From NCBI GenBank assembly GCA_001662655.1, contig KV460254.1: a stretch of DNA of 64,000 bases; one strand, 5' to 3'. This DNA is from Pseudogymnoascus verrucosus (taxonomy: Eukaryota). Each line of letters begins with the position of its first letter. The first letter of the stretch is position 1. The position numbers were made by a program, and so were the translations under genes. Below the pieces are notes generated by a model that searched no databases, was not told the DNA's origin, and saw only the letters and a program-made list of their open reading frames with translations. Shown one piece after another: positions 1 to 13,017 of this stretch.

Positions 1-1947
1 TTTTGCGGCATATTGATACCACTAGGTGCTTGCTTGATAGGTCTTTTATGGCGTTTGGCTGGATAAGATGAGGGGGATTTGGCTTTAGCTAATGAGGGAG
101 AGGGGGACAGGAGGAGGCGGATTTGCTTTGAAAAGTTGCTCGATTTAGAGGCGGTAGACTCATCATCAGACAATTTCACTCATGCTGTGGCGGCTTTCTT
201 TGTCTCTTCGCACTCTAATATTTTGCACGTCCCGTGTCTGGAACTCTGTACCGTGCTTGCTGTAAAATTCCCCATATTCGCTACCCTCTTCCCAGCAACC
301 ATCGATCATGACGGGCCAGCCCCCTGCCCCTCCCAACGCCATAATCGGACCGTTGCTGTGCTGTCATAATCCACCGTCCTCCATCAACTGCCCTCACACG
401 ATGTGATGAGCACACGAGTCAAGATCTGAAGTACGGAGATATCCATCCACAGTGTGTATCACCGCCCGTCTCCCGTTTCCACTCCCACTACAAGCCAAAG
501 CACCCCGCATTCTCCTCCCCACCCGCTGTTACTAGTAAAGACATACGGCACACGTGGTACGCCAGCCGGGAGGGGGGAGGGGGTGGCAATAAGTCTGGGC
601 TGGGGCTTGAGCTCGACTCCTCCAGCCAGGGCGATCCGTTGCATTGCCATGGTTACGGCGGCGGAGTGGTTGTAGTGGCTGTGGTTCACGGTGATATTCT
701 CGGACGGTGCCACGCACCGCGGCGAGGAGAAATAGGTCTTACCACGTCACGCATCACAAGACTGCGAACCAGACGATGCAGAGAGCTCGGGGTACATTGC
801 GGCGGGGGGGAGTAGGAGTACACGGTGTGTACTGTCATCCGCGTGTGTTTGCTTGATACCGTGACGAGGAATACAGTTCTACCAGCGCCGTAGCAGCTGG
901 TACACAGCTCCGTGTCTGTTTGCGAGCTGTATATACTCACCCCGCACGCCATCCATAGCTGACACGCGTCTGAAAGCGGCATGATGGTATACAGATATAT
1001 TATATCGCATTGTATCGATCGTATCGATCGTACTGTAAATTGCTATATCGACGGGACTATACCGTATCTGCTACAATGCGGGCAGGGATGTTACTGGTCA
1101 AGTGCCGGGTGCAGGGAGAACGCTGTCTGCCGGATTGGAAGCGCGCGCTGATTGGCGCCGGTGAAACCTTTTTTGGACGTCCTTGACGTAGATGGCGGGT
1201 GAGAATCAACGGAGAAGACGGGAGAAAGAAAAGAACACTACACCGCCAGCACATAATGATATTGAATGATGAGTACGATATGGGATTGTGGGGGAAGTCT
1301 GGGGTACGACGGGAGAGAGAGAAACATGGGCGAGGAGGATCTTCAGTGGGATATCAGGTGAGAGATGTGATACCAAGCCGTGGAGATACTGTACTCCATA
1401 CATGGACGAGGACGGAGCACTCAGTGTCCCCGTCACCTACCTGCTCTGCGACACTTCTGTCTCCCCTCTATAACCTGTATTTGACCGCGTTTACGCCGCG
1501 GATACCACACCGGAAGTGGCAACCCACGTCGTTCATTCGATATCGCCAGACATCTTGTTTATGCACCACGGGTCGATGAGGGGTTACCTACCGCTACCAT
1601 TCAAGCTCTAACTCCCGCACCGTGAGGATGTGTGTCTTACCTGCTCCTTCTTACCCAAACCTCAAACAAGTCCCCGCGAATACACGTCGTGCACCCCATC
1701 CAATGCACGCACAACACCCGTTGACCCTGCTTACCCCTCCCTGGTCCCTTCCTATCCTTCGCTTCCATGCCCTCCCCCGCGACTTCCCTATGCGGTGCTC
1801 TGCTGCTTGTATAAATGATGATTTCCCCGCCCGCCCCAGGCAGGCAATGGGATCTGTCATACCTCCTGCGTATTCCCATTGACTTCTCACTTTCTCCCCA
1901 ATTACAAAGATAAATCTCTCCTGTTCTGGAAAATACAGCAAATCACC

Positions 1948-3935
1948 ATGGGTCTCGCTCTGAAGAAGCCGAAAGACGTGCCCGGCCGCTCGTGGCCTGC
2001 CATTGTCATTGGTTTCTTCGTTGCCTTTGGTGGTATTCTCTTCGGGTGAGTGAACTCCATGATCTAATCCTAGCGAGTGAGGGAGAGAGAGGGCGAGAGA
2101 GGGATGAGGGGAGGATGAGGGATGTGCAAGCCCTAACATCCCCCAGATATGATACAGGTACGATTTCTGGCATCATTGCCATGGACTACTGGAAAGCGCT
2201 CTTCACCGACGGCACGCGCGATGCGAATGGTGATCCCGACATCTCCGCCTCGAACACCGCGGCAATCGTCTCTATCCTGTCTGCCGGTACCTTCTTCGGC
2301 TCGCTATCCGCAGCACCATTCGCCGATTTCCTCGGTCGTCGATTGGCGCTCGTAGGCGCTGCTATAGTCTTCTCCTTTGGCGTTATTCTGCAGACTGCCG
2401 CTACGGCGATTCCACTCTTCTTGGCTGGACGCTTCTTTGCTGGTTTTGGTGTAGGGCTGGTTTCTGCTTTGAGTATGTTAGCCGTGAGCTTAATTGGAAT
2501 TTAACTGACGCGCTACAGTTCCACTATATCAGTCTGAGACGGCACCGAAATGGATCCGTGGTGTTATCGTAGGGGCATATCAACTGGCCATCACCATTGG
2601 GCTTCTCATAGCTGCCGTCGTGGACAATGCTACGTCGAAACGCAATGACACTGGCTCATACAGGTCAGTCCCCTCTTCCCGCTGCCTAGCACGTTACTAA
2701 CCTACACCAGAATCCCGATCGCCGTTCAGTTTGCCTATGCAATTATCCTCGGGAGCGGCATGCTCTTCCTCCCCGAAACCCCCCGTTACCTCGTCAAACG
2801 CACTCGGCATGACAAGGCTGCGCGCTCCCTCGGCCGCCTCAGACGACTCAATGTTGACCATCCAGCCATCGTGCAGGAGCTGAACGAGATCGAGGCAAAC
2901 CACAAGTACGAGCTACATCTGGGCAAGGCGACCTACTTCGACTGCTTCCGTGGCAACATCGGCAAGCGACTTTTGACCGGTTGCTTGCTGCAAGCGCTGC
3001 AGCAGCTTACTGGTGTTAATTTCATTTTCTAGTAAGTTATACGCACTTGTTGTCACTGGTATAGAGTTGCGGGGCATAATCTGCCTTCTCTGGCCATCAC
3101 AGGGGTCTCAGGGCATCTCCGCTGACCTCTCCTAGTTACGGAACTCAATACTTTAAAAACTCCGGAATCACCAACCCCTTCGTCATTCAAATGATCACCA
3201 GCGCCGTCAATGTCGCCTCCACCCTCCCTGGTCTCTACGCCATCGACAAGATCGGCCGCCGCCCGCTCTTGCTCTGGGGCGCCGTCGGCATGGCCGTCAG
3301 CCAGCTCCTCGTCGCCGTCCTAGGCACAACCACCACCTCCCAAGACGCCGCGGGCAACATTATTGTCCATAATGTTGCAGCGCAGAAGGCGGGGATTGCA
3401 TTCATCTGCATTTTCATCTTCTTTTTCGCAGCCACTTGGGGCCCGATTGCATGGGTGGTTACGGGCGAGATTTTCCCGCTCAAGGTCCGCGCGAAGTGTC
3501 TAAGTATGACCACGGCTACGAATTGTATGCACTCCTTTCTCTCCCGGTTCCCGGCGCCCAACAGGCTAACCTCACATAGGGCTCTTCAACTGGGCCATCG
3601 CCTATTCAACCCCCTACCTCGTGAAATGGGGTCCCGGAAACGCAAATCTCCAGTCCAAAATCTTCTTCATCTGGTTCGGCTGCTGCTTCCTCTGTATCGC
3701 CTTCGTCTACTTCTTCATTTACGAGACGAAGGGACTCACGCTCGAGCAAATCGATGAGCTGTATGATGAGGTTAGTGTTGCGAGGAAGTCGGTGGGATGG
3801 GTGCCGACTAAAACTTTTGCGGACAAATCGGGGAAGGAGGGGGCGGAGGAGGTGGAGGGGGGGGTGTTGGAGACAGGAGAGACGGGAGAGCCGGTTAGTG
3901 GGGACGCGGGGATGGTGGGGGGGAAGTCGGAGTGA
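1948..3935 (+). CDS. MFS sugar-porter family hexose transporter (RCO-3/SNF3/high-affinity glucose transporter-like), 6 exons
   Basis: CACCATGG start at 1948 gives MGLALKKPKDVPGRSWPAIVIGFFVAFGGILFG|YDTGTISG. Sugar-porter motifs: DFLGRR, GRFFAGFGVG, YQSETAPKWIRG, PETPRYL, QQLTGVNFIFYY, DKIGRRPLLL, EIFPLKVRA, ETKGLTLEQI. GT-AG introns at ~2046-2147, 2473-2518, 2664-2710, 3032-3135, 3525-3579. Confidence 0.93.
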
Positions 3936-6900
3936 GAGGGTATGTAAGTTCAGGGGGTTAGGGAGGGGTGTACTGTACTGTGTTGTACTGTACATGAAAT
4001 CTGCGGTTCAGTGGTGGGAATTAATTAATATTTATAGCTCTTTATTTTTGATTTCAGTCTATATCCATCTCTCAAACGCCAATGAGGCTATCTCCATGTT
4101 CGTCGCTTGATTGCTGCTCAACTCTTCTGCGCAACCTTTCCAGCCTTTTCTTCAGCATATTTACTTGTCCCTCAGCACATATACAACATATATTAGGATC
4201 GCATCGGTTACGCTACTGTTAATCGTAAGATATATGACAGTTACTATCTATAAATAATATATTATTTTATAGACGCTACGACGGGAGACCTGTCTGAGAG
4301 CGACTCTCCAAGATACCGACAGAACCTAACAACTTAGAATCCAAGCAGAGACTCTGGCAACCGGGACGACCAGAAAGACGATATACCCCGTGCGCGTATT
4401 TGCGAATAAAATCAAGGTTGTTATATGTTGAGAGGTTGGTTATGACTGGAGTAGTGGGGTCGGCGGGGTAATCGGCATTTGTAGGCGCCAACTGCCCGAT
4501 ACCCGCCACGAGCGGGCCGCCCCCAAACGCACGGCCGCCGTGCTCCCATGTAGATCCGATAGACGACACATAGATGGGTTATTTTACGGCTATAGACGAA
4601 TGGATTCTAGTTGTTACTTGGCCCGTCAAGCTTTGAGATTGTAGGTTTACCTCTTGTTCATTTATCTATGTGTATAGACCACGACGTGCCCATTATCTAC
4701 CCTAGATGATGTGATAAAGACCCCTCCACGATGGTAGACTAGGTTCAACTTGAGGATATACAAGTACGGCCTGGTATTTAGACATTGGCTTTGCCTGTAA
4801 TGGATGGCGCAGTACTACGGGGAAGAAAGCCGCGAGTCCAAGACATTATGACACGCATATTTATGACATGCTTCCTTCACTATATTGTTTGCTTCACATG
4901 GCAACCAACCCCAGGCGCCGTGGCTGCACGCTCCGGCTAATGTACCAATCTTAGTGGTTAACCATGGCTCGTAGGGGGTGGCCGGCTTGGATGTAGCCAC
5001 GCTTGACCTGTCCATTATCAATAGCATATGCCGCAAGGATATCTCTTTTCTCCACACGGAATAATTTACCGGAGATGCTTGCACCATTCTCTCGGCCCGT
5101 GACGGGAGTAGGCACAGAGCGTTGACTACTAGGAATATCCTATGCTCTGTCCCATTATTCGGTGTCAATCAGCGGAGGGGGGTGGGGGGGCAGGCGCGTA
5201 GTACGGGAGACGTCCGATTGAGCAAGATTAGTGACCACCCCAGTGTAGACGTTAGTATGTTTGCTTGCCGCTTCGAGGTAATACCCTCGTTTCCTATGGC
5301 CTGTAGTGTATGGAGATCCCCCACCCTGGCGCTTCTCTGTAGGGCAACGTGCATATACAATACGTCAGAGAATACAGCCCTCGGTACGTCAGAAATGACC
5401 AACATGGAAGCCTTTACTTCTTATGTCTCCTGCTCTGCTGTCTTCCTATTCAGTTGCTGGCCCATCTACATGTATTTGCGACCAACACACCCATAAACCT
5501 TCAGCACAATCTTAAAGAATGACTCTTCGAACGATAGAGGGGTTGCATCCCCTTCACCGCTCTTCTTTTTCTGAATTGTGGTCGAATAGGAGTACATCTT
5601 GACACCGGAATCGCCAAACCCCGCAGCCTTGCTGAACACGGGGCGAGCGAGGTTGATTGCCCAACGTAACAATGCTTGTCGGGGCTAGAGACGTGGGTTA
5701 AAAGCCGCAATGAAGAGCCGCATCTTGTGTATGACAGACAGGATGCAATCGCAGTATCTGGAGAGTAGCTGAGTCTTAGTCCAGCCCCTGACAAATATTC
5801 GCGCGCTGAAATTGGCCAGCCTGTGCGTGATCCTCTGCATCCCGCAACAGCAGGGCTACAGTGTCAACCCAATAGCTGGGGCCCAAGGTCATGACATCCC
5901 CAGGCAGGCATCCACCCCAGTCGCGTGTGACTGGAAGCCGACCATCGGATGGAGGCTCCAAGATTCAACAGGCCACGTACGAAATTAAGAGCTTCCTGCA
6001 AAGCCAGGATCATGCGTCGCCAGCCTAGTGGTCATGCGCCGTTGCTCGATAGACCGAATGCGTCCGCAGAGCCTCCCATGGAATGCACTCGAGGATTCCT
6101 AGCAACAGGGTTGATGCAAGGCCGATCGGCAATACCGAGAATCATCAAGAGAGACAGCATGGCGAGCTAGAAAGCTCAGTTGCTATTTCTGAGGGGAATC
6201 GGGGATGCACTGTCTCGGACTGGTTGCCGCCTTCGAGCAGCGTTACTCCTGTTCGCTGATGGTGTAATCCCCCTGACAATGCCTAACTATAGGACCTTTC
6301 TGGAGCCGCAAACTGTTGATCAGCCCATGACGAGCCCCTGGAATGACCGTCCAAACAAGCTGCAATCATATATTAAGGGGAGGATGAGATCAGTAGTTAA
6401 AAGATCATGGCCAGTCAGTGTCAGTACCAGGGTATTAGTCAGAGCCTACTCGAATCCCTAACGTCTCATATAGTAGCTTGTGACCAGGCGAATCTCTAGG
6501 TAGCGCGCGCTATCGCCAGTGGTACTCGAGAGGGGTACCATGTCGTCGCGCAGTCGCACATTCTTTGTCACAATAGTAACGACGGATTTCGTTTGGTGGG
6601 CCGTTTTTTTAACTGGCAGCAGCTGAAAGGAACAATATTGCAAACTCTTGCAATTTTAAGTCGCGTCGTTGCCTCACAGGAATTCCTGGCCTTAACAGGA
6701 GTCGGACGGAGTGGCCGGTGCCATTGTATTACCGACCAGCGAACGAGATTCAACGCAGCGAGAGCAAACGCCAATGATGCCCCGGCCCCTGAAAGAGTTC
6801 TTTATCACACCGCTTCTCCGGAGCCCCTGAACTGTCGTCAGCTTCTATCTTTCAGTGAGATGAGGATGTTCTCCATGAGAGATTTGTGTATGTCCTGGCT

Positions 6901-7504
6901 TGGCACGCCCCTTTAACTCGAGACTCAAACACATAAAGAGTCGTATCGAGACACCTCAGCAGGACTCAACGATGCACAGCATTGAACTTTGGCATATAGT
7001 TTTTCTGGGTCAACCATCGCCTTTGAGCGATCCAACTTGTAAGTTTGGTCCCTTCAGTCTTGGTCGAGCCCCTTATGCGTTCAGTAACTGATAAAGGGGC
7101 AAACCAGAAGACACATCTCGCACTCACTGGGAGATACATCCAGGTTGACAAGAGAATTCCCATATATCAGCACATCAATCTCCAACACGGATAAAACCAG
7201 TGGTCTTAATCGACAGCCCACTCACAACATCTCGTCGCCCTCAACCAACACCACCACTGACGCCTGCCAAGGATGGACGCTGCAAACGCAAACCCTGTGC
7301 TGCTATCAACGATGTACAAATGCTGCAGCTGTGGTAGCCATGTTGTCAAAAGCGGACCACCGGATATATGTATCTGTGGCCACAAGAAGTGCGGGACTTG
7401 TCAAGACCCACATCCACGACCGGAGATAAACGAACCCTTGGTCAAGACTTAAGGATGAAGCCATCAATGAATGTCATTTCTTGGAGACCGCAAGACTGGA
7501 GACA

Positions 7505-8545
7505 TCATTGAGAAACCACGATGCTATGGCGATGTGTGGCCAAAAAATCGCACATTATCCTCGAGATCGATGGCGTCGCTGGAAGTGGAAAGCAATCCAG
7601 TGTTTTGATAGGGATGTCCCCCTTTTGTGACGTCGCCATACATGATGATATTGGCACTGTTCTATGGTTGGGCTTCGGATTATTTGTGTTGATATTGGGG
7701 TTTGACTTGGATATTGTTGTGCCGTCAAGTGGAATTTGCTTCATCTCAGTTGGGATTTTGCTACCCAGCCATGCCAAAGGCACCCTTGCAGGTCTTTCAA
7801 AATACTATGCAGAGTTTTTGAGATCTTGATGGCGGTTTAAAGCAGCGGTGTCGGTTGTACCTAAGCTGTCGTTATTCCCTGACCGCTTGTTGAGCAAGTT
7901 TGTCTTCTATCACATGGTTACATGGTATCATTTGTCAAGGGTGGTTACTCTGTCCAAGAAATGAGGTTGCTGGTCGACCTCTAGCTTTCGGAATCCATTA
8001 ATTATTATGCTCATGTCCTTGACCGCGTCATTTCGTGGACAGTGTTTTATCTGGTGGTTGGCCCACGCGACAGTGACTGGCCTGAGGGATCCAGGCATCC
8101 CATTCCGTTGCCCAGAAGTTCTATTAGCCTTGCGTCTAACCAGACGTCCAGCTCTGCCAGTCACTTCCCCTTGTTTTATATTGATTTGGGGCGGTGCAAT
8201 GTCACGGTCATGGCATGGGGCGGCCGCCATCCAGAAACCAACCACACGTCGTCGTCGCTTGTCACAGAGAGGGGCTAGGTGCATCAGGGTTAGGGGATTC
8301 TCGACGCCCTGCTTCTGCCTATGGAGATATCTATCGGTGGGCCTAGGATCTTCTGAAGTCTGTCTCGCCAATCGCGTGTTATTGAGAAAGTGGGTGCTTA
8401 CTTAAGGTGTGGGATTTGCAGGTTGCTTTTCCATGAAGAAGACTTGGCTTGGTTCATTATCGCGAGATTGACTCCAGAAGCTCGTGGCGCTTTCTGACCT
8501 TTCGACGGTTCGGCATAATGCGGACATAAAGAAGGCAGGCGCATC
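7505..8545 (-). pseudogene. possible decayed protein-coding gene, family unrecognised
   Basis: ORFs 7928-8371 and 7505-7783 lie in the same minus frame, separated by only four stops (TGA, TGA, TAG, TAG). An upstream frame also reads through with TAA/TGA/TAG stops compatible with C>T changes. No homology recognised. Confidence 0.25.
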
Positions 8546-9268
8546 CCATGCTCTCTTTACACAATATACCATGAACCCTCAAAGTGTCGAAAAGTCTAGG
8601 GTACTAGATATTTTCCTATCTTAGGACAGAGTACATTTATCACTTTGCTGCGCAAGTCAAGTCGAGTCGCTCGCAACCTCCACCCTGTGTGATAACATTA
8701 TGATAATATATTATAACAATTTAATCCCTCGCTTTACGGGTTTTGTACGCGCTGGTGCGTCAGCACTCGCGTCACATGCCTATTTTCAATCAACACACAA
8801 GTTCCACACCTGCATAACCTATCATAGCGTAAACATTTGGAGCAAGCCGTCACTCAACAACTCCTATTATTGAAAAAGGTATACCGGCGTCGGGCAGCTA
8901 ATGGGTCGGGTAGGGATTCTAATATAGTAGGAACGGTGTTGCTACGAGCGAGCCAATCGAAATCTGGCGATTCGGAGCTGAAACTCCAACAAGTAAAGCA
9001 GAGCTGTGACGACCAAACACGAAACGCCGTTGGAAGCAATGCACGTCAATGTGGCCTTTCACGTATGTCATGTTGTCATCAAATATTTATAGCTCTTCTC
9101 TCGTTCAGTCCATTCTATAGGGTGGTGCTCACGGCCCTTGGGACACTTCCGATATCCACAACAACATTACCCCAATGCAATCCCCTGCCAAACTCCATGC
9201 TTAACAACCCCCACCAAAGACGCCAGACTAAGTAACCTATTAATCGTAATGCAGAAGGTCCTCCTCCA

Positions 9269-10856
9269 TTAATGTGCGTTTCTCGGTATGCACTCAGCCG
9301 TCATCGCCGGCGCAACCCCACTCTTCTCCATAATATTCCGTTTCGGGCCCTTCAACTTCCTTCCCCTGAACGGGAGTGGTTTCCGCATGTCTTGTTCTGA
9401 CATGAAGCCCACCTCGACGAGCAACTCTTCCACCCAACGACCGGTTTCGAACTGAGATTCGTGGCTCTCATGATTGCGACATGGAGACTGCTTAATCGGT
9501 AGCACCCAGTCCAGGAAATTGTTCCCCATTACCGATTTCCAGTTCCCAACTGCTCCAAGGTCCCATGGGTTTCGCCCAACGGCGAGCTGCAGAATGGCGA
9601 ACGTTCTAGTTGCTCTTGCGTCTCGTTCCAATAAAGTCTCAGGCTCGCTTATGGTCCCGCTGTGCGGTGGAGATGCTGGTGATGATGGTGCAGTAGGTGA
9701 TGATTTCTCACTCTCCGGGAGAGGCAGTGGGTAGGTGATATGCGGATAATTACCCTGTTGGGGAAAAGTGAATGTTGGCGGGATTAGTACAGCAAGTAGC
9801 CATGCACGACTTTTTTTGCTCAGGTTTTCGATTGTCGTGAGGTTTGCGAAAACGAACTGTAGTGAGCTGCATGTCATCCCGAAAGTGAAAAGGCCAAAGA
9901 ATCCGGAGCTAGTAGACAGTTAGAGTTAGTCTTTGATTAAGGCAGGTCTAACCTACACCGCGACAAGAGCCACAAAGTGGCCGTTCAGTTCCGACTGGAG
10001 AAAGGTCAGCAAAATTACTGAAGTAAAATATCAGTGTCGGGTGGTATTGTAAACGCACTGTATTTGACAAATCCTCACTGAGATATATTGCCGTGACAAC
10101 CACCACGAAAAGGCAGTAGAGGAAAGCGTATGCCACAAATTGGACGAAAAATTTGAAGCTATTCTCTCCGACAACCCCACCAACCCTGTCAAAGTTAGTT
10201 TTGGGGCTCCAGGACAAGTCGGCGAGACTATTATGTAACTTGCCATGGACAGTAATGATCCATCTTGTAGACACATCTTCCAATATCGCTGCAGTGATGC
10301 GTTCGGTCTGGTTTCCAGTTGGCGCATTCACTACACCACTTGGGGCGTCCATCTTGGGAACAGACAAAGACATCTTTCGTATAAAATAGCTCCAGTCCAG
10401 GAGAGTCTGCACCGTCGTCTCTGGCTATCGCAGCCTCTGAAGATGGATATTCAGGTCCCAAGGCGTCGTTAGCTCTGCCGGCTACCCTGTTATTCTCCTG
10501 CGAAACGTTCTTGTCGGCCTTGTTATATCTCTTTGCCGCGGGCCCCAGCGGCAGATACCCTGGGTCGACAGTGACAGTATAAACGAGCCTCCCATAGGTG
10601 ATTGTCATGAAAAGAAATAAAACGAAGTATATCGCGAGTAGGGCAGCGGATATGCCAGGGCGCGGCCTATGGCCTCTGAGAAGGAAGTTGACTTGTCTCG
10701 TTAGCATGCTTCGTTCAGTGGCACTTCAACAAATTCAAACTCACCACAGAGTTGCGCAACAAATACATATGTTGCGTATGTTACTGTGCCAGCAAGAAAA
10801 GTTGGGACAATGCGCCCAGCCCACTTGTTGACGGCCTGCGGGTTAACGGGCGCCAT
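9269..10856 (-). CDS. PFA5: DHHC-family S-palmitoyltransferase, Pfa5-like (DHYC variant), multi-exon
   Basis: Cys-rich domain [46 protein letters not shown]-terminal motifs NLTTIE and [15 protein letters not shown] segments present. ATG at 10856 gives [12 protein letters not shown]. Confidence 0.9.
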
Positions 10857-12540
10857 GTCGGTTTCCGGTAGGTCAACTTGTTGTTTGATATGAATGATAG
10901 GTATAGATACTAAAACTCTATGTGACCCCAAACTTTGGAGGATTCGCTTTTAAATGCGACCTCATCTCATCAACAACAATGTCGCGGACGCTGGCGGTTA
11001 AGAAACACATTCGTATCCGTTGCGACTGCCACAAACCTTGGGCAGGCCTGGCCAAGGATCAACAACATTCGGGGCCGGAGAAACTTAAATACGTGACTCA
11101 CCTCGGTATTAACGCGTCGTCGTCGGTTCGACTTCTCACAGCAACCTCTCTCGAGATGAATGAAGAACCTTCCCACCATCATCTACACAACTCACCTATG
11201 TGCCCAGTAGATGAACAGGGGAGACTGTTCAATTGTCACAGGCGAAATATGAAAGTTATGCCAATGAATATATCAAAATGTCGACGCGGCTCCGGCCAAG
11301 GCTGACAAGGATATATCACCTCCTCCCGGTGTAGTTTCTCACCGAGACGTTAGTCTAAGAGCAGTCTCTTACTGAGACATTTTGTGGAGCAGTTCATGCA
11401 CGGCAGCATAGCAATTTATTTTAACAAAGCCTTGTGTTTGTTGAGATAGTTTTATACTGGGAGGGCAAGGCTGAGATGTCGACTACCTACCAATTGAACA
11501 ACGGTATGTTTTCGCACAAACGCTCCTCAAACCCTCTTTATTTGATTGAGAAATATACACTCTTAAGATAAGTCTTCGTTTCATACGTACACACTGCAAA
11601 TATCATCGGCGCAATGCGACTCCAACATGTGACCGCATTGCGACCCTGGAGCGTTCTCTCTACAGTACAGGGCGTACTACGGCTGCTCAGCCACCCCGCG
11701 AGCGAGAATATCCCGGGACGCTTTCTCTGCCCTCATCTATCTTCGTTGTTTTATTAGGGCTGAATTGCCCTGAAACCATAAGAGCAAAATGAACAAATGT
11801 GGAATTCAAGGCTGGGGTATACCGGCTCGCTCGCTCGACTCATACATAGCCGCGCGCTGTTGCATATCGGTGAACAGGCCCTGGCCCTCCCGAGCCGGGA
11901 CAGAGTTCAAAGCCCCGGCAGCCGTGTTATTTTATGCCACGAAAGTGAGGCCACGGGGCTTGAAGTGCCTAGTAGGGCCCATGTCACGCGTTTGCTAGCA
12001 CTGCCATCGCAGTTAATGAGCCTATGACGCCCGATCACCACTACCATCGAAGCCTTTGATTGGCCATGGATGGATGACTTGTCATGTTCGCGGCCATACC
12101 TCCGATGGCTCCCCACTGGCGCCCTGTACCATGACACTGCCCCTTTACCTTGAACTGGTGAATCGGACCTCCCAAGCCGAAATCCAGAGGTGCTCATTTC
12201 ATTCTATTGGGCCTCGGTGTGCTGCTCGGTGTACTAGCGCACCGCAGTTCCTGTCGCCGCCTCCACTTCACTATTACCATCTTCAGACCGCTACTTTTCG
12301 GTGATTCCGGCTTCAAATCGATTGGAAAAGGCATATAGTCACTCCGCCCTATTTTCAAATACGTGTTCTCTTGTCCATGTTAATCCCGTAACGCCCTCAG
12401 GTATCAGGGCACTCATTGGGCTATCCAGGAGAACGGTGGGTTTGGTTGCTTCTGACTATGGGTCTTTGGTTTGTGGTGATGGGCTCGCTGTCACGCCTCA
12501 CTTCTTATACGAAAGACAGTCGAGAGAAGTCACTCTCAAA

Positions 12541-12550
12541 TATATATAGA
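12541..12550 (+). promoter_or_regulatory. probable TATA element of the 74-aa zinc-finger micro-gene
   Basis: TATATATAGA about 250 nt upstream of ATG 12793, followed by a C/A-rich leader. Confidence 0.45.
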
Positions 12551-12600
12551 TATAGCTATGTGCTCACTGAGGGAAGAGGCATCATATTCTCTACCACACA

Positions 12601-12735
12601 CAATCCTCTCAATAAACACATTCTCATTCCCACAGCAACTTCAATCCTCTCAAACACATCCTCATTCCCACAACGACTTCAATTCTTTCAATAAACACAT
12701 CCATCCTCATTCCCACAGCGACTTCAATCCGAAAC
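12601..12735 (+). repeat. three imperfect ~40-nt tandem repeats in the putative 5' UTR
   Basis: Core CTCATTCCCACA(G/A)C(A/G)ACTTCAAT occurs three times, each preceded by AAACACAT. Confidence 0.85.
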
Positions 12736-12792
12736 ATCTTTGTTCCACTGCACCAAAAGCTGTCCAGCTTCCTCTGACCAACTCGAATCAAA

Positions 12793-13017
12793 ATGGCTGC
12801 TTGGAGATGCAAAGGCTGCAGTACCGTCAACGGATCTACTGTCAACAACTGCGCCGGGTGCGGATACCACAAAGCCCAGAAATGGGTCAAGATGATCTTC
12901 TGTGCCCACTGCGATGATGGGCCATATCTGGCTGCCAACAGCGTTGGCTGCATGAGGAGTGACTGTTACAAGTTGTTCGATGGGAACAGCCCGACCAAGT
13001 GGCAACCCAAAAATTAG
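12793..13017 (+). CDS. 74-aa Cys-rich protein with an N-terminal RanBP2-type zinc finger and a second CxxC...C...C module
   Basis: WRCKGCSTVNGSTVNNCAGC fits W-x-C-x2-C-x3-N-x6-C-x2-C exactly. Second module FCAHCDDGPY...GCMRSDC. Good start context CAAAATGG, upstream TATA. Confidence 0.72.
   Translation: MAAWRCKGCSTVNGSTVNNCAGCGYHKAQKWVKMIFCAHCDDGPYLAANSVGCMRSDCYKLFDGNSPTKWQPKN

Noticed and set aside
590..1310. Multiple SYGGRG CreA-like sites upstream of the hexose transporter
   Set aside because: Biologically plausible, but a degenerate 6-mer in G-rich sequence cannot be distinguished from chance without conservation data.
1948..3935. Transporter as quinate permease QutD of the nearby qutR/qutA pair
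   Set aside because: Its N-terminus and motifs match the RCO-3/SNF3 glucose-transporter group, not the QutD-type EDRPTP..VYNWR start, and it is ~14 kb away.
10240..10270. DHYC instead of DHHC as a novel inactive variant
   Set aside because: DHYC is the established motif of Pfa5 and Akr1-type palmitoyltransferases.
12601..12735. Spaced repeats as a CRISPR-like array
   Set aside because: Eukaryotic context, no unique spacers and no cas genes; it is a simple tandem triplication.
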